Source: Candidatus Staskawiczbacteria bacterium
GTDB lineage: Bacteria; Patescibacteriota; Minisyncoccia; Minisyncoccales; Staskawiczbacteraceae
DNA length: 48,931 bases
Direction of reading: 5' to 3'
Assembly: GCA_049513595.1 (NCBI GenBank)
Contig: JBEKVX010000001.1
Span: 1 to 48,931, forward strand
Shown here: positions 1 through 6,530 of the stretch, one piece after another
Position numbering within the stretch: the stretch's first letter is position 1
Layout of the letters: every line of letters begins with the position of its first letter
Program-made: the position numbers and the translations under genes
Notes under the pieces: generated by a model
The model's database searches: none
Told to the model about the DNA's origin: nothing
Seen by the model: the letters and a program-made list of their open reading frames with translations, nothing else

Positions 1-18
1 GTCTGCTGATTTGCTGGC

Positions 19-528
19 ATGCTTGGGCTTTCGTACCGCGCCGTCTTGCCGGGATTAGCCAAGGAAGTTTACAGGGCCGGACCGGAAATTATGGGCTGGC
101 TTGCTCTTGCCGCAGGACTCGGAGCACTTACAGGCGCAGCGCTTATTTCCGCGCTTTCCAAAAATCTGCGGCTTCGCAGATTGATTATCGTAGGATGCGT
201 CACAGCCGGAATCAGTTTGATGGTTTTTGCGACTGCTTCGCGGCTGTATCTTGGAATTCCATTCCTGTTTTTGGCAGGGCTCGGATACACCATGACTACT
301 GCAACTTCCAGAGCGGTGTCACAGGTTATCTCGGACCCAGCCATGCGTGGCAGAGTAACCGGACTAACCATGGCAGCATATTTCGGCGGAATGGCCCTGG
401 GAAACTTTGTCACAGGACGTGTCGCCGAATCATTCGGCTGCCCAGCTTCCATGGCAATCTGCGGAGTTTCTTTCTTAATGCTCGCTTTTTCAATGTTCGC
501 ATTGAGGGGCAGGCAGGCGTCGATATAG
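19..528 (+). pseudogene. MFS-type permease, C-terminal half only (fragment or truncated gene)
   Basis: The 169-aa ORF is very hydrophobic with several TM-like segments, resembling the second half of an MFS permease. An in-frame TGA at 7-9 lies just upstream. It is GC-rich compared with the next gene. Confidence 0.45.
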
Positions 529-552
529 TTTGTCGTCGCCTTTTTTATTATG

Positions 553-569
553 TGATATAATAATTTATA
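553..569 (+). promoter_or_regulatory. Extended -10 promoter TGATATAAT ending 7 nt before ATG 569 (leaderless or near-leaderless mRNA predicted)
   Basis: TGATATAAT lies at 553-561 and the ATG at 569. The same roughly 20-nt block recurs in front of the arsR-like gene at 4384-4404. Confidence 0.5.
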
Positions 570-1765
570 TGGAAAATAAATCAGAAAATAAAAAGAATAA
601 AAATGTTTTTTATGTCGGCCTTTTAAGTTTTTTTGGCGGGATATCACAGGATATTTTTTCTCCAATTCTGCCGATTTATCTAACTTCAGTTTTGGGATTT
701 GATAAAACCATTGTTGGCGTTGCTGAAGGAATTGTCTCCGCCAGCGTTAGTATCTTCAGAATTGTTGCGGGATTTTTATCTGACAAATTTAAAAAACAAA
801 AACCGATAATTTTTCTGGGATATTTTTTATCAATGGTCTCGCGACCTTTATTGGTTTTTTTTACATCAGCGGGAGCTGTTTTGGGTTTGCGGCTTCTTGA
901 CGGCGCTGGAAAAGGAATTAAAGATACGCCCAAAGATGTTTTGGTTGCCGGCTCGTCTGAAAAAAATGTGCGCGGAAAGAGTTTTGGTATTGCAAGAATG
1001 CTTGATACTATGGGCTCTGTCGCCGGACCATTAATTTTATTTTTTCTTCTTTGGGTTTTTCAAAACAGCAGTACGCTTTACCATGATATTTTACTTTTTA
1101 CAGCGGTTCCTTTAATAATTACTCTTTTATTAATATTTAAACTTAAAGAACTTCCAAAATCACAACTTACAAAAATTGAAGTTCCTCAGGGACCCAAAGG
1201 GTACCCCGGAAAATTTCCGGCATCATTTTATATTTTTATTGCAATAGTAATTATTTTTACTTTGGGAAATTCATCGGACGCATTTTTAATACTTCGCGCA
1301 AAAGGACTCGGGATATCTTTACTAGAAATTCCGCTTGTGATTGCGCTTTTTAATTTAATTTATGCAGGAGCGGCAATCCCATTCGGTTCTCTGTCCGACA
1401 AAATCGGAAGAATTCCCACTCTGGTTATCGGATGGCTGGCCTTTGCAGTTGTATATTTAGGTTTTGCAATTACCACAAGCGCGCTTTCAGTTTGGTTTTT
1501 ATATTGTCTTTATGGAATTTATTATGCCACAAGCGAAGGCGTTTCAAGAGCGTTGCTGGCAGACCTGGTAAATCCAGACCACAGGGGAAGAGCATACGGA
1601 ATTTTTGGAATGGCGGTCGGCTTAACAACTTTGCCGGCGAGCTTTTTTGCGGGCTTTTTGTGGGATAAATTTGGAGCGCCAGTTCCTTTTTATTTCGGTG
1701 CCTCAATGGCATTGCTGGCGTGCATCGCTTTGTTTATCTATTCCAAAAAATTTCTAAAAAAATAA
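569..1765 (+). CDS. MFS transporter (about 12 TM)
   Basis: Long hydrophobic ORF. I chose the internal ATG at 569 (MENKSENKKNK...) because the 530 start overlaps the promoter block. TM-rich throughout, with a D/K-rich loop typical of MFS. Confidence 0.8.
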   Translation: MENKSENKKNKNVFYVGLLSFFGGISQDIFSPILPIYLTSVLGFDKTIVGVAEGIVSASVSIFRIVAGFLSDKFKKQKPIIFLGYFLSMVSRPLLVFFTSAGAVLGLRLLDGAGKGIKDTPKDVLVAGSSEKNVRGKSFGIARMLDTMGSVAGPLILFFLLWVFQNSSTLYHDILLFTAVPLIITLLLIFKLKELPKSQLTKIEVPQGPKGYPGKFPASFYIFIAIVIIFTLGNSSDAFLILRAKGLGISLLEIPLVIALFNLIYAGAAIPFGSLSDKIGRIPTLVIGWLAFAVVYLGFAITTSALSVWFLYCLYGIYYATSEGVSRALLADLVNPDHRGRAYGIFGMAVGLTTLPASFFAGFLWDKFGAPVPFYFGASMALLACIALFIYSKKFLKK

Positions 1766-1782
1766 AATTAAAAAAAGTTTTG

Positions 1783-1803
1783 AATCCGCGAAAGCGGATT
1801 TTT
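1783..1803 (+). terminator. Intrinsic terminator
   Basis: Hairpin aatccgc-gaaa-gcggatt followed by a T run. Confidence 0.7.
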
Positions 1804-1814
1804 AGTTATAGACA

Positions 1815-1843
1815 TTGACACATTTATTTAAAAAATATATCAT
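1815..1843 (+). promoter_or_regulatory. Sigma70-type promoter (TTGACA-17-TATCAT)
   Basis: TTGACA at 1815-1820, a 17-nt AT-rich spacer, then TATCAT at 1838-1843. It points into the GC-rich segment. Confidence 0.6.
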
Positions 1844-1851
1844 TTAATAAC

Positions 1852-2286
1852 GTCTGGCTCTGTTGCGGAATGGTTCTGCGACAAGTTGACCCAGCCAGAT
1901 TGTGCCGGTTTTCCTTTTTGGGAGGATTTGCCATGAAGCGCCGGTTGCACCTGGACATGAAGATTTCGGCCACCACGAAGAAGAAGACGACTGCGGTGCA
2001 CGCGCTGCTCTGACCAAGATCCGGGCCGGGCGGCGTGTGAAGATGCCGTAGGCACCTAGTGTGCCACGGCACGCGGACTACGACGGGAAGACATCTGTCC
2101 ACCGGCAGGTGTCAAAATTACTTCACTAGCAGCTAGCAGCCCCGGTGGATCGGACTGGCTGGCCCGGTGCGGAGGGGCTCCAGATGCGAGCATGAGTGGA
2201 ACGCCGCTTGTCTCAGGGCGCGGGAACTCATCTCCTTCTTGGAGCCCCTCTCGCACTTGTTTGTTCTTATCGCACATTGAAATCGG
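1852..2286 (+). ncRNA. Candidate structured GC-rich leader/ncRNA co-transcribed with the downstream tRNA-like gene
   Basis: No ORF of 60 aa or more on the promoter strand. There is a perfect 10-bp long-range helix, gaggggctcc (2172-2181) with ggagcccctc (2241-2250). Several local hairpins are present, for example gacatctg/caggtgtc. The only coding candidate is a 26-aa ORF at 1933-2013 behind GGGAGGA. Confidence 0.35.
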
Positions 2287-2362
2287 CGGGGCGTAGCTCA
2301 GCGGCTAGAGTGCCATCACCGTAGAAAGGTGGAGGTCGTGGGTTCGAGTCCTACCGCCCCGA
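2287..2362 (+). tRNA. tRNA-like gene with 3 extra nt in the anticodon arm (identity undetermined)
   Basis: Acceptor CGGGGCG/CGCCCCG, D arm TAGCTCAGCGGCTAGAGT and T arm GTGGG-TTCGAGT-CCTAC are all present. Twenty nt sit where 17 are expected. They fold either as CCATC/GGTGG with a 10-nt loop, or as TCACC/GGTGG with loop GTAGAAA plus 3 unpaired nt. Confidence 0.5.
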
Positions 2363-2370
2363 TTTAGGTC

Positions 2371-2396
2371 AACGGCAGACATAAGTGCCGTTTTTT
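2371..2396 (+). terminator. Intrinsic terminator
   Basis: aacggca-gacataag-tgccgtt followed by a T run. Confidence 0.7.
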
Positions 2397-2397
2397 G

Positions 2398-2425
2398 TTG
2401 TAAAAATTTTGAAATATGATATTAT
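2398..2425 (+). promoter_or_regulatory. Promoter P1 (TTGTAA-16-TATTAT)
   Basis: Closely similar to P2 at 2992-3019 and to the tRNA-Ala promoter at 14664-14691. All are followed by AAAAAT(A/T)A. Confidence 0.55.
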
Positions 2426-2440
2426 AAAAATTAAATTGTT

Positions 2441-2508
2441 GGGGTCGTAAGCTGAATAGGAACAGCACCCGAAAGGGAGGTATGTGGGTTCAAATCCTGC
2501 CGACTCCA
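2441..2508 (+). ncRNA. tRNA-like RNA lacking a normal anticodon arm, with a G3:U70 acceptor stem
   Basis: Acceptor GGGGTCG/CGACTCC (G3:T70), D arm GCTG-AATAGGAA-CAGC and T arm GTGGG-TTCAAAT-CCTGC are present. The anticodon arm is replaced by the mini-hairpin CCC-GAAA-GGG. Total length is 68 nt. Confidence 0.45.
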
Positions 2509-2566
2509 CTTGCCAGAATTTACTGGTAAACTTTGTTCGTTGACTTTTAAGGCAGGGAGGTGTCTC

Positions 2567-2908
2567 GTGCTAGACGTAAAATTCATGATAGACAGAAAAC
2601 TACTAGATGAGCTCTGCGCGGAGTCAGCCACGCTGGAGCTTACCGATGGCGACCTAATTGATTCATCGCATAGAGAACGGCTTGGCGGCAGAATAAACGA
2701 CTTGAGAACCGAGCTCCTGACCAGAATGGGCGGTGGCACAATTGAGCCCGGTGATGAATTGGAACTGCAGGGATACGTAGATAGCGTTGTGCGGTCAGTG
2801 AACAGTGGCAAGAAGCAGCCAGCAGACGTGATCAAAAACCAGCGTAATCAGATGGCCAAGATATTGGTCAAAGCATCGCGGATCTCGTTGGCGAAAGCAC
2901 TCTCGTAA
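2567..2908 (+). CDS. Hypothetical small acidic protein (113 aa), paralogous N-terminus to ORF 3352-3549
   Basis: GTG start 6 nt after GGAGGTGTCTC (2556-2566). The start 2510 listed in the track would overlap the tRNA-like gene. Confidence 0.5.
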   Translation: MLDVKFMIDRKLLDELCAESATLELTDGDLIDSSHRERLGGRINDLRTELLTRMGGGTIEPGDELELQGYVDSVVRSVNSGKKQPADVIKNQRNQMAKILVKASRISLAKALS

Positions 2909-2941
2909 ACCGTACATCACGGGCCAATCAAAGGGCGCAAA

Positions 2942-2983
2942 GCGTCAGGGACCTTGGAGATCGTCTTCGGGGTCTGTTTTTTT
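2942..2983 (+). terminator. Conserved 3' element plus intrinsic terminator
   Basis: gcgtcagggaccttg is identical to 3560-3574. The stem gaccttggag/cttcggggtc needs G:U pairs, so it forms only in plus-strand RNA. A T run follows. Confidence 0.6.
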
Positions 2984-2991
2984 ACAAAATA

Positions 2992-3019
2992 TTGCAAAAT
3001 TTTTGAAAAGTAATATCAT
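2992..3019 (+). promoter_or_regulatory. Promoter P2 (TTGCAA-16-TATCAT)
   Basis: Paralogous to P1. Confidence 0.55.
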
Positions 3020-3039
3020 AAAAATAATCTGACACATCT

Positions 3040-3211
3040 GGAACTACGTGCCACGTAGTTCCGAACAAGAAAGGAGGTGTGTCATGACGGGGAAGCTGTG
3101 GTGTTGCTCGGCCATCAACACGTCGTAGGCACAAGAAGATCGCCGAATTGCGTGTAGTGTCCGAGCGGAGCCACTGGGCAGGAAGCGGAGCGTGTCTGCT
3201 CTGCCCAGTGG
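3040..3211 (+). promoter_or_regulatory. Structured 5' leader of tRNA 3217-3290 containing a 14-codon mini-ORF
   Basis: Perfect 10-bp hairpin at 3040-3062. Mini-ORF at 3084-3128 (MTGKLWCCSAINTS) behind AGGAGGTGTGTC. Perfect 11-bp hairpin ccactgggcag/ctgcccagtgg at 3171-3211. Confidence 0.4.
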
Positions 3212-3216
3212 CCAAC

Positions 3217-3290
3217 GGAGACGTAGCTCAGTTGGGAGAGCGCCTGGCGATTAAACCAGGAGGTCGTAGGTTCAACTCCTATCGTCTCCA
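3217..3290 (+). tRNA. tRNA with an 8-nt anticodon loop (CGAUUAAA); identity undetermined
   Basis: Perfect acceptor GGAGACG/CGTCTCC, D arm GCTC-AGTTGGGA-GAGC, anticodon stem CCTGG/CCAGG and T arm GTAGG-TTCAACT-CCTAT. It is 74 nt to the discriminator, so one nt is extra in the anticodon loop (3248-3255). Confidence 0.65.
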
Positions 3291-3351
3291 TTTTAGCCAG
3301 ACCGTCACTGGCGATCAGCTCATTGTTCTCCTTATTTCGTGGAGGTGTCTC

Positions 3352-3549
3352 ATGAACTTCGCAGGCATGACAGACGAAAATCTCCAATCGTGGCTAGATG
3401 ACCTTACAGAAGAAAGAGATGTGCTCGATGAGCGCAAATTTCCTTGGGCCGCACTTTCTTATGACCAACAAATCGCCGCGCTAGAGCAAGAACTCCAAGG
3501 GAGGAAATCTCCTGAGAGCTCGACACTTCAAGCGACTGCGACTGCGTAA
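3352..3549 (+). CDS. Hypothetical small acidic protein (65 aa)
   Basis: ATG 6 nt after GGAGGTGTCTC (3341-3351). The longer track ORF from 3148 runs through the tRNA and is rejected. Confidence 0.5.
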   Translation: MNFAGMTDENLQSWLDDLTEERDVLDERKFPWAALSYDQQIAALEQELQGRKSPESSTLQATATA

Positions 3550-3559
3550 GGCGCGATTC

Positions 3560-3606
3560 GCGTCAGGGACCTTGAAGTTGAAGTTCAGCTTCGGGTCTAT
3601 TTTTTT
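3560..3606 (+). terminator. Conserved 3' element plus intrinsic terminator (paralog of 2942-2983)
   Basis: gcgtcagggaccttg, then stem gaccttgaag/cttcgggtc, then a T run. Confidence 0.6.
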
Positions 3607-3635
3607 GTTTTTTTAGAATTGCGCATAGAAACCAC

Positions 3636-3664
3636 TTGACTTTTGGTTTTTTTAGGTCTAAAAT
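3636..3664 (+). promoter_or_regulatory. Promoter (TTGACT-17-TAAAAT) upstream of grpE
   Basis: Hexamers at 3636-3641 and 3659-3664. Confidence 0.5.
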
Positions 3665-3807
3665 ATAGAATATAAATAAAAATTTAAAGCAAAATATGCC
3701 CTTTACGAAACGAGGCAAATATTATTACAGCCCAAGCGGCAGAAAATTTACAAAAAAACAAGTAGCTTTATATTACGCCACTCAGGGATTTAGGAAAAAA
3801 CCAAAAA

Positions 3808-4323
3808 ATGCCAGAAGAAAATAAAAAAAATAATAAACAAAAAGAGGAATCCTCCTCCGCTAAAGCTACGGAGGATGAGGTTGCGAACCTCAAAAAAGAA
3901 TTGGAAGACGCAAAAGCAAAGTGCGAGGAATATTTAAACGGCTGGAAACGCGAGCGCGCTGATTTTTTGAATTACAAAAAAGATGAAATGGAAAGAATTG
4001 GGCAACTTGTAAAATATTCAAACGAGGAATTAATTTTAAAAATAATTCCAATTTTAGACAACATTTATTTAGCCGAGTCGCACGTTCCAAAAGAATTCGA
4101 AGGCAACGATTGGCTGGCAGGATTTTTACAAATTAAAAAACAATTGTCTGGCTTTCTTTCCAAAGAGGGGATTGAGCCCATAAAAACAACCGGCGAAAAA
4201 TTTGACCCAAACACAATGGAAGCGGTTGAAGGAGAAGGCGAAATTGTTTCAGAAGAACTCCAACGCGGCTACACCCTGCACGGAAAAATAGTCCGCGTCG
4301 CAAAAGTAAAAATTTCAAAATAG
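3808..4323 (+). CDS. grpE: Nucleotide exchange factor GrpE
   Basis: Charged coiled-coil N-terminus followed by a GrpE-like core (WKRERADFLNYKKD ... GYTLHGKIVRVAKV). It sits next to dnaK and dnaJ. Confidence 0.9.
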   Translation: MPEENKKNNKQKEESSSAKATEDEVANLKKELEDAKAKCEEYLNGWKRERADFLNYKKDEMERIGQLVKYSNEELILKIIPILDNIYLAESHVPKEFEGNDWLAGFLQIKKQLSGFLSKEGIEPIKTTGEKFDPNTMEAVEGEGEIVSEELQRGYTLHGKIVRVAKVKISK

Positions 4324-4340
4324 TATAACATAGTGAAAAC

Positions 4341-4376
4341 GATTGTTCCAAAGTTCTTGAGAACTTTGGAACAATC
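4341..4376. repeat. 36-bp palindrome (16-bp arms), probably the grpE terminator or an operator
   Basis: gattgttccaaagttc-ttga-gaactttggaacaatc. It contains a 21-mer that recurs at 4651-4671. Confidence 0.6.
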
Positions 4377-4384
4377 ACCGTCGG

Positions 4385-4402
4385 TGATATAATAAATTTA
4401 TA
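4385..4402 (+). promoter_or_regulatory. Extended -10 promoter TGATATAAT 8 nt before ATG 4402 (leaderless mRNA predicted)
   Basis: The same block as 553-569. Confidence 0.5.
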
Positions 4403-4674
4403 TGAAAAAAAGTTATTATCAATTAGAAAGAATCGTCAAAGGTGTTGCAAACCATCGGCGGATTGAGATTTTGGAATTATTAAAAATAAATCCAGAATTA
4501 TCTTTGGAAAATATTTCAAGAAAATTAGGCGTTAATTTCAAAACCATATCCGAACACATCAAAAGGTTGGCGGCAGCAGGATTTGTTTTGAAAAGATACG
4601 AGGGTCACAACGTCCGACACAAAATAACAAATAGAGGTTCGGTTATTCTTAAGTTCTTGAGAACTTTGGAATAA
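4402..4674 (+). CDS. ArsR/SmtB-family winged-helix transcriptional regulator
   Basis: 90 aa. NHRRIEILELL...LSLENISRKLGVNFKTISEHIKRLAAAG is a typical ArsR HTH. Confidence 0.75.
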   Translation: MKKSYYQLERIVKGVANHRRIEILELLKINPELSLENISRKLGVNFKTISEHIKRLAAAGFVLKRYEGHNVRHKITNRGSVILKFLRTLE

Positions 4675-4814
4675 ACGAAACGAATTATATTATGATTGAA
4701 CAGTACGAAAAGCAATTCGGCGAAATAAAAACCCAGTTGCCAGTAATGAATAATAAAAACACAACCGAGGACTCAAAATTAGGATTTTAAATATTAAAAA
4801 GTTATTAGATAAAT

Positions 4815-5345
4815 ATGGAGGAACAAAAAATTCAGCTTGATGGGATTCATTGGTGTTTGTATTCATCTGGTGATATTGAACCATTATGCCCTAAACATAA
4901 TCTAAGATTAAGACCGGGTGATGAAGCACGACGTTTTCATTGGGATTACACAGAATTATATTGCGAGGAATGCGCTAAGCCGTATACTCTGCCACGATAC
5001 TATTCTAAAGAGACACAATATATTCGCGACAAAATAGATTCTAAAGAATTTAAGTCGCTCAAATTAATTAATTTAGATGACGAAGCCATTCCTTTGGCAG
5101 AGGATAAAGTTAAAACAAAGGACGGTAAATATTTTGTTACCGCTCTACTAACGGAATCGAAAGTTGGAAAAAGATTGGTTATTTATGCTGGAGAAAAGGG
5201 TAAAAATGAAAAATGTCAGATTTTTGTCGAGCCAGAAGTGAGGAGACTTTCATTTGATCAAAAAGATATTCACCCTAATGACGTTTTTCTAGAAGTTCAA
5301 GCTAAATTCAAAGATGGCGGAACTCATCAAATAAAAAATAATTAA
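4815..5345 (+). CDS. Hypothetical protein with an N-terminal CPxH...CxxC zinc-ribbon-like motif
   Basis: 176-aa ORF with Cys pairs (LCPKH ... CEEC). No family recognised. Confidence 0.5.
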   Translation: MEEQKIQLDGIHWCLYSSGDIEPLCPKHNLRLRPGDEARRFHWDYTELYCEECAKPYTLPRYYSKETQYIRDKIDSKEFKSLKLINLDDEAIPLAEDKVKTKDGKYFVTALLTESKVGKRLVIYAGEKGKNEKCQIFVEPEVRRLSFDQKDIHPNDVFLEVQAKFKDGGTHQIKNN

Positions 5346-5356
5346 AAAATAAAATT

Positions 5357-6505
5357 ATGGCTGGAAAATTTTTGAGTTTTGTTAAGCATTGGTCGAAGGA
5401 AATTATTATCGCGCTGGTTCTCGCTATCGTTGCGTATTTCATCTGCGACGCATATCTTAAAGGAGCCAAACAACAAATTGTTCAGGATAATTTAAAAGCC
5501 GTGATAACTGTTGTAGCGGAGGACAAGTCGGGCAAACCCATTGGACAAGGTAGCGGATTTTTTATTAACCCCAACGGTGAATTAGTAACTAATTATCATG
5601 TAATCAAGGGGGCATCCAATATAGTAGCTACATTTCCAACTGGAGCTATTTATATGTTAGACAAGATAATTTATCAAGATGCAAGCGCTGATATTGCCGT
5701 TCTCCAATTTGTCGCGAAAAATACTCCGTACGTTAATTTAGGCAATTCGGACGGTGTCAAGCCATACCAAGATATATACGCTATCGGCACCCCCGATGGT
5801 TTACAAAATACTATATCAAGTGGTGTCATAAGCAATCCAGATGTCGACGGTTACATTCAATTTACTGCCCCGATTTCTCCGGGAAGTAGCGGTGGCGGTC
5901 TTTTTGACGAAAATGGAGACGTGATTGGCGTTACAGCTGAAAATCAACAAATTTCTTCAGGACCACAAAAGGGAGAGGATCAAAATCTTAATTTTGCAGT
6001 TCCTATAAATAACGTTAAAACTGTTCTTGCTGGCAATACAAATATTACAAGTGGTAGTCCCGAACTTTACTATTCTCAAGGAGTTTTGGCAGACAATAAC
6101 CAACAATGGGATATTGCTATTACAGATTACAACCAAGCGATTCAAATTGATGATAAATATTCTGATGCATACATGGGGCTAGGTTGGGATTATTTTTATA
6201 AAGGAAACTATAACCTAGAGCTGAAAAATTTTTTAGCGGCGACACAATTAGCGCCGAATAATTCAGACGATTTGTATTATCTCGCTGGATCCTATGAAGA
6301 TGTTGGGCAATATTCTGATGCGATAAATACATACACGAAAGTTTTAAAATTGAAACCCGACTATACAGCTGCTTTACATGATTTGGCACTAGCTTATTTG
6401 GCTGTTGGAGATAAAAACTCTGCGACTCAATTAGTTCCCGTATTAACAAAATTGGACAAGGGATGGGGTAATGAATTAAATATAATAATAAATAATACTA
6501 AATAA
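5357..6505 (+). CDS. Trypsin-like serine protease (S1C/DegP-like catalytic domain) fused to TPR repeats, N-terminal TM anchor
   Basis: His (TNYHVI), Asp (DIAVLQ) and Ser (SPGSSGGGLF) triad motifs. The C-terminal region has TPR-like repeats (AIQIDDKYSDAYMGLGW..., KVLKLKPDYTAALHDLA). Confidence 0.75.
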   Translation: MAGKFLSFVKHWSKEIIIALVLAIVAYFICDAYLKGAKQQIVQDNLKAVITVVAEDKSGKPIGQGSGFFINPNGELVTNYHVIKGASNIVATFPTGAIYMLDKIIYQDASADIAVLQFVAKNTPYVNLGNSDGVKPYQDIYAIGTPDGLQNTISSGVISNPDVDGYIQFTAPISPGSSGGGLFDENGDVIGVTAENQQISSGPQKGEDQNLNFAVPINNVKTVLAGNTNITSGSPELYYSQGVLADNNQQWDIAITDYNQAIQIDDKYSDAYMGLGWDYFYKGNYNLELKNFLAATQLAPNNSDDLYYLAGSYEDVGQYSDAINTYTKVLKLKPDYTAALHDLALAYLAVGDKNSATQLVPVLTKLDKGWGNELNIIINNTK

Positions 6506-6530
6506 AATAATCAAATAAAACAAAAAACAT

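Noticed and set aside
530-568. Track starts 530 (MFS), 16242 (protease), 22319 (HExxH protein), 26439 (small membrane protein) and 23132 (cassette ORF)
   Set aside because: The upstream portions lie in promoter or AT-rich intergenic DNA, or overlap the preceding gene. Internal ATGs give sensible N-termini.
1824-2277. Three minus-strand ORFs (92, 71 and 73 aa) in the GC-rich segment upstream of the first tRNA-like gene
   Set aside because: They lie in three different frames with no RBS. The promoter and terminator are on the plus strand, and one ORF's upstream region would lie inside the tRNA-like gene. They are typical GC-rich shadow ORFs.
2510-2566. ATG 2510 as the start of ORF 2510-2908
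   Set aside because: It starts immediately after the tRNA-like gene, which ends at 2508, and has no RBS. GTG 2567 follows the conserved GGAGGTGTCTC block.
3148-3351. N-terminal extension of track ORF 3148-3549
   Set aside because: It reads straight through the tRNA gene (3217-3290) and a hairpin. A perfect SD precedes the internal ATG at 3352.
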